Source: Armatimonadota bacterium
GTDB lineage: Bacteria; Armatimonadota; HRBIN16
DNA length: 64,000 bases
Assembly: GCA_963677485.1 (NCBI GenBank)
Contig: OY781964.1
Location: forward strand, 4,064,001-4,128,000
Direction of reading: 5' to 3'
The translations under genes and the position numbers were made by a program. The notes under the pieces are model-generated. The model was not told the origin of the DNA and searched no databases. It saw only the letters and a list, made by a program, of their open reading frames with translations. Each line of letters starts with the position of its first letter. Positions within the stretch are counted from its first letter, which is position 1. This document shows positions 10,118 to 20,349 of this stretch, in pieces.

Positions 10118-11950
10118 ATGAAAATGCTGTCGAGTATTTTAGCATTGCTAGCCGCATCACAGTGTGTGATGGGTTCACCGGTGTTGTCCTATACCGCCAT
10201 AGGCAGTATTATCAAGGGAACACCGACGGTCACAGATATACCCAACGAAGCAGTCTTAACTCCGAATGCGGTCACACCGCCCTCTGCTGCGGCTGTCGGT
10301 GTGAAGCTGAACACCAATAAAATGCAGGCAGGTGAAGTCACATGCACATTCAAACTGGCAGGAACAGGTGATGCAGGAGGACGGGTTGGGCTACGTATGA
10401 ATCTAGGTGCAACATCAACCTCAGCTAAGTTTCATGTAAAGATAAACAGCAGGGTTGTGGTCAATTACGAGACAATCAGCGGTGGCGGAACACACATAGA
10501 ACAGGTGGCGATAGGTGACACCATTACAGTGCTAATCACTAATACAGCATCAGCCACTACCGCAAAGACTGCGTATGTCTGCCTGCAAGTAGCCGCGGCT
10601 CCCGGTGTGACGGTCATTGGATCCCTTAGCCCTGTGTATTCATCCCACAGTATCCTTGATGGAAGCACCTACACAGACACCGACCCATTTCGCGAGGGAT
10701 ATCAGATCATACAGGAAAAACCTCTGACCCTCAACTTCGCGGTGAATTCCATTACCTTGCATAGGAATGATATGTTTCCGGCGTATAGTTATAATGGCAC
10801 CGGCTATCTGGCAGTGCCATCGATTTATACAGACGGTATCGGTTTTGAACGTATAGCCAAATTGGTCAGCGAGGATACCACCAGGGATTTCTACCACAGC
10901 AATATAGATACCTGGGCTGAAATACCCGCAGGAGGTAGCAGCGTGGTAAAAGACCTCGGTTCTCTGCCCGCGGTGGAAGTACCTACCATACCCAGCGGCA
11001 CCTGGTTCAAGCCACAATACCAAATCAAGCTCTATCAAAACTGCGGAATAGATACACCCGTCTACCAGCTCATAGATGACGAAACCTCGCCGCTACCTTC
11101 CACGCCGATACAAATGCTGAGTAAGCCGACGGTGACCGCGACAGGGCTTGAAATGACTGCTTTCCGCCGCGCCTATCCCACGGAGGTGCCGATCACCATC
11201 AAGTTTGGCTCTGTACCCGCAGCCGGAAAGCAAGTCATCGTTCAAGACGAAACCAACACCACATTGTGCAGCCGGATTCTGGATGCGAATGGCCAGACCA
11301 CTGTGCCGGTGGTCGTGCCGAGTAACTTCGTGAACGCCACGTTCGAACGGCGGATACGATGGATCAGCGACGAACCACTGTGGAATTCGGTCGACCTGAT
11401 CAAGGGCGGGTTGAGTGTCCGCAATAACTATAGCAACAGCCTTGCCGGTAGATTAACTCTGGAAGGCGGATGCTCCAATCCTGCGGATATCGCCTGCATG
11501 ATACGCCTTCAGAAGATGGCGGGTGTTGCTGTCGAATCCACCCAGTACCGATACCCGGTCATACTAGACAACGGTAATTACCAACTGCAAGATATCGATC
11601 CCGGCACATACCGCGTGCTGATTGCCCCCATCAAATACCAACTGGACAGCCCAGATAAACTCCGCTGGCTGAGCCTATTGCTTGGTGAAATGACTTTGGC
11701 GAACAGCAGTCAAAGCCTCGGCAACAACGCCAGTCTGCATTCAGGTGACATTGCCGGAGAGTACGGTGAGATCGGCACCCGTGATGATGAGGTAAACTTG
11801 GCTGACCTGACTGCGCTGATCGCAAGGTATGGCACCACCGTGCGCAGCAGCGCATGGAATGATGAGGCCGATATGGACGCCGACGGCGAGGTGACTCTGT
11901 ATGATGTCATGGTGATCGATCGCAACTTCATGGCCAGAGGCGACGATTAG
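10118..11950 (+). CDS. Secreted protein with C-terminal dockerin-like (paired EF-hand-like) domain
   Basis: GGAGG RBS before ATG 10118; signal peptide; C-terminus GDIAG...DDEVNLADL...WNDEADMDADGEVTLYD...NF..RGDD. Confidence 0.7.
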   Translation: MKMLSSILALLAASQCVMGSPVLSYTAIGSIIKGTPTVTDIPNEAVLTPNAVTPPSAAAVGVKLNTNKMQAGEVTCTFKLAGTGDAGGRVGLRMNLGATSTSAKFHVKINSRVVVNYETISGGGTHIEQVAIGDTITVLITNTASATTAKTAYVCLQVAAAPGVTVIGSLSPVYSSHSILDGSTYTDTDPFREGYQIIQEKPLTLNFAVNSITLHRNDMFPAYSYNGTGYLAVPSIYTDGIGFERIAKLVSEDTTRDFYHSNIDTWAEIPAGGSSVVKDLGSLPAVEVPTIPSGTWFKPQYQIKLYQNCGIDTPVYQLIDDETSPLPSTPIQMLSKPTVTATGLEMTAFRRAYPTEVPITIKFGSVPAAGKQVIVQDETNTTLCSRILDANGQTTVPVVVPSNFVNATFERRIRWISDEPLWNSVDLIKGGLSVRNNYSNSLAGRLTLEGGCSNPADIACMIRLQKMAGVAVESTQYRYPVILDNGNYQLQDIDPGTYRVLIAPIKYQLDSPDKLRWLSLLLGEMTLANSSQSLGNNASLHSGDIAGEYGEIGTRDDEVNLADLTALIARYGTTVRSSAWNDEADMDADGEVTLYDVMVIDRNFMARGDD

Positions 11951-12108
11951 GGAGGATCACCAACCGGCATCACCAACCTACCAATTACGCAGGCAGGCGT
12001 ATACACTAATCATAGGTATCCACAAGCTGCGAGCTACTTGTCACCACGTGATGGTAGTGGTTGCGTGGCATATACCTAATATTGCTATACATTCATGGAG
12101 CGACATAC

Positions 12109-13134
12109 ATGCCTGCCGACTATACCCAGTTCCTTAAGGCCATCACGCGGACTGGCCGACCAGATCATCTGCCAGCTTACGAGCACATCGCCAGCTCGGG
12201 GTTCATCAGCCGCCGTCTGGGCAAAGAAATCAACGAGGTTCCCGCTGGCAGCCGTGAATACTGGCAGATGTTTGTAGATTTTTGGCTGGGCATGGGCTTT
12301 GATGTGGTGCCGATGGAGATACCGCTAAATTGTACTCTGGGCACGCCTGGTGGTGGTGGTTCCAGCTTTGGCAGCGAGTCACGGGTGGTGATTGCGAGCT
12401 GGGAGGACTTCGAAAAGTACCCATGGCCCGATGTCAGCAACCCGCTGGAATTCTCGCACTTCGACACCGTGGCGGAGCTGCTGCCCGAAGGTGCCAAAAT
12501 CGTGGGCGGAGTCTGCATGGGCCCATATGAGTGGCTGTCGGAGATGATGGGCACTATTGGACTTTCCTATGCACTCGCCGATGAGCCGGAGTTGGTGGAA
12601 GCTGTCGCGCACAAGATCGGTGAGCTGCACATCAGCGCCGACAAACAGATCGCCCAGATGGATGCGGTGTGTGCGCTTCGGCAGGGAGATGACCTTGGGT
12701 TCAACTCCGCCACATTCCTGAGCCCGGAGCTGCTGCGGAAGCTGATCTTCCCGACCTACAAGCAGATGGTGCAGGCCGCGCATGATGCCGATAAGCCTTT
12801 TGTGCTGCACTCCTGCGGCAACCTCACCCGCGTTTATGAGGAGCTGATTTCGGACATCAAGATTGACGCGAAACATTCCTATGAAGAGAAGATTACTCCA
12901 GTTGAGGTGTTCAAGAGGCAGTACGGTGACCGCTGCACTCCGATGGGCGGGCTGGATGTGGACTTCATCTGCCGCCGCAGCGAGCAGGAGATACGCGCCT
13001 ACACCCGCAGCAAGATCGATCAGTGCTTCGCGGACGGTTATTACACCATCGGCACCGGCAACTCGCTGACGGACTATATGCCGGTAGAGAACTACATGAC
13101 GGTTCTTGATGAGGCGAAACGCTACACAGCATAG
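12109..13134 (+). CDS. Uroporphyrinogen decarboxylase (URO-D/MtaA-like) family protein
   Basis: GGAG RBS before ATG 12109; QGDDLG, LHSCGN, GGLDVD and GTGNS motifs. Confidence 0.8.
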   Translation: MPADYTQFLKAITRTGRPDHLPAYEHIASSGFISRRLGKEINEVPAGSREYWQMFVDFWLGMGFDVVPMEIPLNCTLGTPGGGGSSFGSESRVVIASWEDFEKYPWPDVSNPLEFSHFDTVAELLPEGAKIVGGVCMGPYEWLSEMMGTIGLSYALADEPELVEAVAHKIGELHISADKQIAQMDAVCALRQGDDLGFNSATFLSPELLRKLIFPTYKQMVQAAHDADKPFVLHSCGNLTRVYEELISDIKIDAKHSYEEKITPVEVFKRQYGDRCTPMGGLDVDFICRRSEQEIRAYTRSKIDQCFADGYYTIGTGNSLTDYMPVENYMTVLDEAKRYTA

Positions 13135-13333
13135 CCGAATATGGGACACGCCTTCTTCGTGAGTGCTCGAAGAGGTAATATCATAGATTAGGTATCTTTG
13201 GATGCTAAGTTGTCGATATGAGCCCATGCAGTGACTCACTGGCGTGTTTAGTCATCTATGTCGCGCGATCGAACAAAGCGCCCACTCGATGGTGTGGGTC
13301 ACGGCTTCCATATATTCAGGGAGATATCGGCAG

Positions 13334-16300
13334 ATGAACAGATCGAAATGGGTGCTGGTTTTGTATGTGATGGCACTTTGTATATTCCATGTGACACCGT
13401 TACGGGCGGATGACGAGGGATATATCCACGACTGGCTGGCTTGCGGAGCCTTCCGCGGTGATGACATCCATAGCAGCCTCGACCCGCTCTTCGCGACGGA
13501 CACCTTCCCATCCTCGGGCGGGTATTCTGCAGGGAAGAGCTGGCAGCCGATCCGTGCGGACGCCATGCCGGTCGACTTCGCGAAGGCGCAGCTCAACTGG
13601 GATGCGAATGAACACTGCACCGCATATACTTCGGTCTATGTCTATTCACCAGATAAGCTGAGCACCACTTTATCGGTAGGCTGTGACGACAAGTATGCGG
13701 CCTGGCTGAACGGCGTTGAAGTGGGTCGAAGTGACGCCTGGCAGTCCTATGGCGTCAACTGGTATAAGCAAAACGTGACGCTGCGTGCTGGCTGGAACCT
13801 GCTGCTGATGCGTGTGACCAACGGCACCTCCTTCTGGCAATTCTCCGCGCGGTTTTTGGATACCAACGGTCAGCCGATCACCAACTTGAAATACCAGACC
13901 GATAACCCTGACCCTAATGGCCTGTTCCAACGCCGCACGCGGTTATCATCCGAACTGAAGATCATTTCAGCCAGTATGGACGGAAACGGCAGGATTGATG
14001 GACAAAAGCTGCTGGTGAATGTCCGGCTGAGTGTAGCCAACATCGGAGCCACCGCATCGGCAGCATATCGGGTTCAGGCTAAAGATGCAGGACAGTCGGT
14101 TTTGGGTGATGTGGAGTTACCCGCTTTGAACGCGTGCCGCGCCGAGACGGTAGTGCTGGGCATCCCATATGAGAATCTAGTGCGTGCCTCACTGCTGAGC
14201 CGGCAGGATATCACTGTCGAATGTGGGCAGTCGAGGATGACCGTGCCGGTCGCACAGACTGAGATCATGGCGATGCTGTTCCGGCCATTACGGTATGAAT
14301 GGACGGCGACGCTCAACGATGGCCAGATACTCGCTGCCAACACACTCTCTCAGGCGCAGCTCAAACAGGTGAAATCCTATCATATCAGGGAGATGCTTCC
14401 TGAGTTTGTCAGAAAATACCAGCTTTCCGCAGGGATTGACATCGGTTGGGAGTGTGTCGGTCGGATGCTGGTAAATGGTAAAGAGGTGAAGGACCATTTC
14501 TCCGGCGATTCGGGCGACATTGCCCTACCGATGACACACGCTGCGGACAACCGAATTGATCTATTCGTGCCTGTCAATGCCGGAGGCGCGCCGCGATACG
14601 ACAACGGCTGGCTGCGCGTGAGGATACCAGCGGTAGAGAACTATCTGAAGAGCTACCAATTCGCACAGATACTGCTCAAAAAGACCTCCGGATCCAGCAC
14701 ACCGGAGTTGAAAGGCATCCTGAGTGCGATCTTGACCGGTGACCCAGCAAAGATTGAGGCGGCTGTGAAGACCGCAAGCTTGCCGATCGATAAACTGGCT
14801 CCGTCTGCTAAATCTTACACCGCCCACATGCTGGGCCACGGCCATATCGACCTGGCCTGGTTGTGGCAGACCTCCGAAATGATACAGGTCACCAAAGACA
14901 CATTCAAATCGGCCCTCAGCATGATGGATAAGTACCCGGAATTCAAATACTCCCAAAGCTCCGCGGCGACCTACTGGTGGATGGAGCAATATGCACCCGA
15001 CACGTTGGCCCAGATTAAACAGCGGGTTACGCAGGGTCGTTGGGACCCAGTGGGCGGGATGTGGTCGGAGTGTGACTCCAACATGCCCTCAGGCGAGGCA
15101 CTGGTGCGCCAATTCCTGTATGGTCAGCGGTATATGAAGCAGCAGCTTGGCAAATCCGCCACCGCGGGCTGGGCACCGGATACCTTCGGGCACGCTTGGT
15201 CACTCCCTCAGATCCTGCGCAAAAGTGGGCTGGAGAGCTACACGTTCATGCGATGCCGCCCATCCGATGAGCCGTTTTGGTGGGTTGGTCTTGATGGAAG
15301 CCGGATTTTCTGCAGCCCGACCGAGAACTACAACAGCTCTGTGGGTGACTGGATCGGTGAACGGCTGGTCAAAAACGAGACGACGACTAAGGGCGGTAAA
15401 GACATCGCCGTGGTCTACGGTGTGGGTGACCATGGCGGCGGGCCGACGATGCGGGATATTGAGGCGGCCATTGAGCTGGACAAAACAAAGGTCTTCCCGA
15501 ATGTGAAATTCGACACCGTTTACCAGGCCAACAAGGCATTGAGGGCGCAAAAAGCGGAGTATAAATCCGTCAACTCCGAGCTGAACTTCATCTTCCAGGG
15601 ATGTTATACCAGCCAGGCTGACGTGAAGAAGGCGAACCGTCTGCTGGAAAATCTGCTTCCTCAAAGCGAGGCTTTCTCCGTGGTGGCACAGCGATATGGA
15701 GGCAGCTACCCATCGAAGGACATCTTTACCGCCTGGCGGCATACCCTGTTCAACCAGTTCCATGACATCCTGGACGGCTCGGGCATACACCCGATCTACG
15801 ATGATGGCGCGAAGGAATACCAGCAGGCGATCAAGCTGGGACAGTCTGCCCTCTCGCTGTCACTGGATACCATCACGCGCAACATCAAAGTGAGCGGCGA
15901 CTCGGTGGTGGTGTATAACCCGATGGCCTGGTCGCGCACCGATGTGGTGGAGCTTCCCAATCCGGGCAACGCAGACATCAGTGTAGGCGACCCTGGCGAC
16001 TGCCAGAAGGAAGATGGTAAGCTGGTGTTTATCGCACGCGACGTGCCTGCGATGGGATACAAACTGTTCCCGATCCGTCAGACGGCACCTGCCTCAGCGG
16101 CACCAGTGAAGTCTTCGGTGAGTGCCACGCTCGATCCGAAAACCGGCTGTATGAGCAGCGTGAAGGATGCGGCGGGCCGTGAGCTGCTGATCAGCGGCAA
16201 GATGGCCAACGATCTGTGGCTTCACCGCGAAACTGGCGACGGCTGGAATATCTACCCGACCGGTGTCATTGACAAGATCACCGCGAATGCCGATATCAAC

Positions 16301-17095
16301 GTCCTGGCGGAAGGTCCGGTGAGGTCGATCAAGCGGGTCACCCTTAAGCAAGACAAGACCGAGTATGTTCAGGACATCGTGCAGTATGCATCCCTGCCAC
16401 GGCTGGACATCCGCTACAAGGTTCGCTGGCAAGACCGCAAAACCATGTTGAAAGCCGATTTTCCGTTCGAGATCAAGGGCGCCACCGCCAGGTTTGAGAT
16501 ACCATTTGGAAGCATCGTGCGGGCCGCAGACGGCAATGAGGTGGTGACGCAGAAGTGGGTCGACCTGTCGAACAAGCAACATGGCGTGGCACTGCTGAAC
16601 GACAGCAAATACGGTGTCAGCGTGAGTGGGAGCACCATCCACATGACACTGCTGCGCCAGCCCATCTCTCCTGACCCTAACGGCGATGTGGGTGACCACG
16701 AGTTCGCGCTGTCGCTATATCCGCATGATGGTGACTGGGCAAAAGTCGATGTGGTGCGCAAAGGCTACGAATTCAACAACCCGCTGATCGCAGTGCGCAC
16801 GGCTGCCCATACGGGATCACTGCCGGAAGCGCATTCTTATCTGGAGGGCTCCGCCAATGTGGTGGTGACCGCCATGAAAAAGGCGGAAGACTCCAACGAT
16901 CTGGTGGTGAGGTTCTACGAACATGCTGGCGAGGCCTCAGAGGCCGTCATCACCCTTGACAGGCCGGTGGCCTCCGCGGTCGAGATGGACAACATGGAGT
17001 GGAAGACGCTGGGCAAACTGACGGTCAAGGGCAACCAGATCATCGCACCCATGAAGCCATGGGAGTATAAGACCGTGCGGATACGGTTGCGGTAG
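13334..17095 (+). CDS. Secreted GH38 alpha-mannosidase with N-terminal PA14-like/beta-sandwich extension
   Basis: GHGHIDLAWLW, VGGMWSECD, PDTFGH, YGVGDHGGGPT and NQFHDIL motifs; signal peptide from ATG 13334. Confidence 0.9.
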   Translation: MNRSKWVLVLYVMALCIFHVTPLRADDEGYIHDWLACGAFRGDDIHSSLDPLFATDTFPSSGGYSAGKSWQPIRADAMPVDFAKAQLNWDANEHCTAYTSVYVYSPDKLSTTLSVGCDDKYAAWLNGVEVGRSDAWQSYGVNWYKQNVTLRAGWNLLLMRVTNGTSFWQFSARFLDTNGQPITNLKYQTDNPDPNGLFQRRTRLSSELKIISASMDGNGRIDGQKLLVNVRLSVANIGATASAAYRVQAKDAGQSVLGDVELPALNACRAETVVLGIPYENLVRASLLSRQDITVECGQSRMTVPVAQTEIMAMLFRPLRYEWTATLNDGQILAANTLSQAQLKQVKSYHIREMLPEFVRKYQLSAGIDIGWECVGRMLVNGKEVKDHFSGDSGDIALPMTHAADNRIDLFVPVNAGGAPRYDNGWLRVRIPAVENYLKSYQFAQILLKKTSGSSTPELKGILSAILTGDPAKIEAAVKTASLPIDKLAPSAKSYTAHMLGHGHIDLAWLWQTSEMIQVTKDTFKSALSMMDKYPEFKYSQSSAATYWWMEQYAPDTLAQIKQRVTQGRWDPVGGMWSECDSNMPSGEALVRQFLYGQRYMKQQLGKSATAGWAPDTFGHAWSLPQILRKSGLESYTFMRCRPSDEPFWWVGLDGSRIFCSPTENYNSSVGDWIGERLVKNETTTKGGKDIAVVYGVGDHGGGPTMRDIEAAIELDKTKVFPNVKFDTVYQANKALRAQKAEYKSVNSELNFIFQGCYTSQADVKKANRLLENLLPQSEAFSVVAQRYGGSYPSKDIFTAWRHTLFNQFHDILDGSGIHPIYDDGAKEYQQAIKLGQSALSLSLDTITRNIKVSGDSVVVYNPMAWSRTDVVELPNPGNADISVGDPGDCQKEDGKLVFIARDVPAMGYKLFPIRQTAPASAAPVKSSVSATLDPKTGCMSSVKDAAGRELLISGKMANDLWLHRETGDGWNIYPTGVIDKITANADINVLAEGPVRSIKRVTLKQDKTEYVQDIVQYASLPRLDIRYKVRWQDRKTMLKADFPFEIKGATARFEIPFGSIVRAADGNEVVTQKWVDLSNKQHGVALLNDSKYGVSVSGSTIHMTLLRQPISPDPNGDVGDHEFALSLYPHDGDWAKVDVVRKGYEFNNPLIAVRTAAHTGSLPEAHSYLEGSANVVVTAMKKAEDSNDLVVRFYEHAGEASEAVITLDRPVASAVEMDNMEWKTLGKLTVKGNQIIAPMKPWEYKTVRIRLR

Positions 17096-17185
17096 GGTTG
17101 GAGAGGAGCCAAGGAGTAAGGAGAAGAGAAGAAAAGAAACTGCTCCTGTTCTCCTTTTCTCCTCTGCTCCTGCCTCCTCCGAGCC
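17096..17185. repeat. Purine-rich then pyrimidine-rich ~8-bp unit arrays (GGAGnnnA / nnCTCCT) forming a loose palindrome between convergent genes
   Basis: ggagccaa-ggagtaa-ggagaaga-gaagaaaa followed by ctgctcct-gttctcct-tttctcct-ctgctcct. Confidence 0.7.
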
Positions 17186-17216
17186 CCATGTGGCTGCCCT
17201 GCACCCACGGCCAGCT

Positions 17217-19985
17217 TCACCGCTCCGTCCAGATGGGTCTGCCCTGGCTGATCACGGTGACGTTTGCTCGGGTGCTCAAACCACCGTCGGCATCGGCCTT
17301 GAAACTCAGCCTGTTCACACCTGCCTTGAGGGAGGGGATATCTCCGACCGGCGTAATGTCGCGAATAAACTGACCGTCAGGGCCGTAGAGTTTACACTCC
17401 ATGGCGGATATCAGCTCAAGGTAGCTGCCGCTGGGCAGTTCCACCGGAAAAGTGATGCTCTGTCCGCCAAGGGTGACCCTCGGATTTATGATCCTGGCTG
17501 CCAGCAACGGCAACGCCTTCACCGCGCTGATGTGGCACGAGACGCCTCCGTTCGCGGGCAGGTTGTTGACCCAGATACGCAGGTTTTGGATACCGGCGAA
17601 GTCCACGGATTCGCGGAATGTCGGATAGGGCCCTCCATATGGCCACTGGTAATCCAACCAGCGGTCACCCTCCGTCTCGATCAGCTCCACATATCTCCAA
17701 CCAGTGAAGTCGACGGTCAAATAGTGCTCGCTGAAAGCCGCACTGATGTGCTCCGGTGACTTCAACTGGAAGTTGAGCAGTTCGCCCTTGCCGTCGCCAT
17801 GCACCCAGATACCCAGTGCCCTCTTGGCTGAGATATCACGCCATGGTGTGAATGCACTGCCAACATACGCCCATGAGCCTTCTCGCTTTGGGTTGGCATT
17901 GACGGCGGACAACTCCACAGCCTTCAGGCCAGCCGTTGGGTGGAGGTTGGAATCCGCGAGGCTGACAGACACGCCAGCGGCCGCAGCCTTGTCTGGGCAG
18001 GAGGCTGATAGCGAGGGATCGAGCAGCACCACACTTTCTGGCGAATCATAAGCCGCTGCGGACATCAAGGCCTCGATTCGTAGCTTGAGCGGCTGCGGCT
18101 CGTGGCCGTTGGTGACCGACCACTCTGCGCTTCCATCGCGGCTGCCCGTGACTTTGTGTTTTGAGTAATTCACCGGCGACAGGCTGCGCTTGCCATGGCG
18201 ATCGGTGCTGAGTGTGTGCTCAGCTCCTGGCACGGCGAGTTTGGCCAGCACGGCCGCAGGAAGCTTGTGGGCATGGCGCAACTGCTCGTAGCTCTTGAAG
18301 ATACCGGCGAGTCGGGCGATTCCGGGTTTGGCTTTATAGGTCTCCGGGTCGATGCCCATCAGGGCCAGTCCTGTGTCTGTGGCAAGTGCCTTGCCGGCGA
18401 GATACTCGATGTCATCGGGGAATGTCGGCTCGGTGTCGGGGCTGGTCCAACCTTTTGCTGCCCACCAGCCCAACTGAGCGGGCATGAACATTTTGGTGTA
18501 AGCCTCGTTATCCTTGCAGTGCATGTCGATGAACCGCTTGTGGCTGCGGTTGGGATGGTCCCAGGCCCCCAGCCGGCTGCGCAGATACCACAGGTGGTGG
18601 TGGAAGGTGCTCATCTCCATCAAAGCCGGTTTCTTGAGGCGCTTAGCGATTTCAAATACAAACTTCGAGCCGTAGTGCCAGCCATTCTCTGACCCAGCCA
18701 GGATGTCTTCACCATCGAGCGCGTCCAGGTAGATCATGTCAAAACCGCACGCATTATAGACCTCGGCGGTTTTCGCGGCCGCCTCTGTATAGAGCGTGGA
18801 ATCGCCATCGGGCACAAACAGACCAAAACACTCCTTCAGGTGATACAGCTTCGCTCCCGCAGGATGGGCCGCTGCTTTGGTGCCCAGTGCTCCGCGAGTG
18901 CAGCCGGTAAATCCCCAGGGCGCCGTTTTCGATGAGGCCGTGTAGGTGATCAGTTCGTTCTCGATGCGTAGGGTCACGCTGTTTCGGGTTTGGAAGCCCG
19001 TGATGTCCAGCATGGCGGCGGTCGATTCGTCTGTTGTGAGGCTGGTCGTATCCTGTGAAATTGGATTTGATAGGGTGAGGATGGCATCACTGGCCAGCCG
19101 TTTGTCGGGCACCGGCGTGACCCAAGGGCACTTCTTGTCGATGAAGAAAGCGTATGTGTGCAGCCCCGCTTTGATGCCCGCGCGGTGCAGCCGGTCGATG
19201 ACCGCCTTGAGGCTGGCGTAGCCGTTGGGATACATGTCCATATTGGGTTCGCAGTCGCCGAACCGGAAGGATGTGCCGCCATGAAAATCGAGCTGGTTGA
19301 AGCCGAGCGCTTTGATGACGGTGACCCACTCTACCACGCTCTTCTCGGTGACGTTGCCGAAGTTGAAGAGGTATGAGCCGCGGCTGTCCGGACTCTCCAT
19401 TGCCCAGGGACCGCCAAGCCGCGAGTGGGGGAGTTCCGGCGCAGATTCCACCGCCAGCTTCATCACCTCGCGCAGCTTTGGTGCGGGGCATCCGATGATC
19501 GCCACGCTCGCTCCCGCCAGACCAAACCGCGGGACGCATCCCGCCCAGAGGTGGCTGCTGGGCTGCGGCAGCTCCAGCACGTTGGTCTGCAGGTTGCGGG
19601 CCAGCGCGCAGGCCACGAAGGGCTCATCGGCTGTGGCCTTCATCTTCAACGGCAGGTCGATCAGCGTGAGCTCTTCGATTTGCTGGTCAGAAATGGAAAG
19701 CAGCTCCAGCACGAAGTGGCGTTTTAGTGCCTTCAAGGAGAACTCTGCCGTAATCCCCGAGCTGCCGAACAGCACCTTCAGCCGGTGGGCGGGACCGGAT
19801 ACCTGGGTGGCTGGGATGTCCACACCGTTCTTCCGCAGCCGTGCGAAGGGCGTTGGGTTCGCGGTGTCGCAGTAGTTGGTGCGGCTGCGTTTGTCGAGGA
19901 ACTCCACACTGCGTGCCTGCTGGTCCAGGGTGTAGCGGCAGTATTCGTTCTCGATGCTCAGTGTGTTGGCGGTTTGCTGGTTCAT
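17217..19985 (-). CDS. Large hypothetical protein, probably a glycoside-hydrolase-like TIM barrel with CBM-like C-terminal domains
   Basis: ~920-aa ORF; likely start ATG 19985 after GGAGG (the longer ORF start runs through a repeat element); LKAVIDRLHRAGIKAGLHT and FDMIYLDALDG resemble GH36/GH27-clan barrels. Confidence 0.55.
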   Translation of the reverse strand: MNQQTANTLSIENEYCRYTLDQQARSVEFLDKRSRTNYCDTANPTPFARLRKNGVDIPATQVSGPAHRLKVLFGSSGITAEFSLKALKRHFVLELLSISDQQIEELTLIDLPLKMKATADEPFVACALARNLQTNVLELPQPSSHLWAGCVPRFGLAGASVAIIGCPAPKLREVMKLAVESAPELPHSRLGGPWAMESPDSRGSYLFNFGNVTEKSVVEWVTVIKALGFNQLDFHGGTSFRFGDCEPNMDMYPNGYASLKAVIDRLHRAGIKAGLHTYAFFIDKKCPWVTPVPDKRLASDAILTLSNPISQDTTSLTTDESTAAMLDITGFQTRNSVTLRIENELITYTASSKTAPWGFTGCTRGALGTKAAAHPAGAKLYHLKECFGLFVPDGDSTLYTEAAAKTAEVYNACGFDMIYLDALDGEDILAGSENGWHYGSKFVFEIAKRLKKPALMEMSTFHHHLWYLRSRLGAWDHPNRSHKRFIDMHCKDNEAYTKMFMPAQLGWWAAKGWTSPDTEPTFPDDIEYLAGKALATDTGLALMGIDPETYKAKPGIARLAGIFKSYEQLRHAHKLPAAVLAKLAVPGAEHTLSTDRHGKRSLSPVNYSKHKVTGSRDGSAEWSVTNGHEPQPLKLRIEALMSAAAYDSPESVVLLDPSLSASCPDKAAAAGVSVSLADSNLHPTAGLKAVELSAVNANPKREGSWAYVGSAFTPWRDISAKRALGIWVHGDGKGELLNFQLKSPEHISAAFSEHYLTVDFTGWRYVELIETEGDRWLDYQWPYGGPYPTFRESVDFAGIQNLRIWVNNLPANGGVSCHISAVKALPLLAARIINPRVTLGGQSITFPVELPSGSYLELISAMECKLYGPDGQFIRDITPVGDIPSLKAGVNRLSFKADADGGLSTRANVTVISQGRPIWTER

Positions 19986-20073
19986 GGCGGCCTCCGAGGG
20001 CGTGGGCTGTGCTGATGTGTTCAGTTTACCTGATAGCGGTGAGGATGGTTTAACCACAGATGGCAGGGGGGAA

Positions 20074-20245
20074 TGTCTGAACCACGGATTACGCGGATTT
20101 ATAGGATTACACGGATGGAGAGCAAGGGAACGGGATTGTGCGCCTCTCCTCTCCATCCGAACCCATCCGTGTCATCCGTGTAATCCGTGGTTCAGACAAC
20201 CCTCTCCACCCTCCGCGACCTCCGCGTCTCAGCGTGAGGCAAATC
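20074..20245. repeat. Palindromic repeat element: two inverted TCTGAACC-(9-bp GGAT unit)x4 modules plus a CGCG-unit module
   Basis: tgtctgaaccacggattacgcggatttataggattacacggatggagag pairs with ctctccatccg...atccgtgtaatccgtggttcagaca; followed by ctccgcgacctccgcgtctcagcgtgaggc. Confidence 0.85.
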
Positions 20246-20277
20246 CCCCTCCTCGGGAGCGGTTTTCCTCACGCGGT

Positions 20278-20307
20278 TTGACAGCGATGCTCCACTTTCG
20301 TTACACT
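20278..20307 (+). promoter_or_regulatory. Sigma70-type promoter for the URO-D/ffh region
   Basis: TTGACA-N18-TACACT upstream of ATG 20350. Confidence 0.6.
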
Positions 20308-20349
20308 AAAGCGATATGGTGCCGTATTTTACCCAAACTGGAGGTGGCT

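Noticed and set aside
20074-20245. CRISPR array suggested by the recurring ACGGAT units
   Set aside because: Units are 9 bp, contiguous and inverted, with no 25-45-bp unique spacers, and there are no cas genes in the window.
19954-20349. N-terminal extensions of the 979-aa (minus) and 468-aa (plus) ORFs
   Set aside because: They read through the palindromic repeat; better starts with GGAGG sites lie at 19985(-) and 20350(+).
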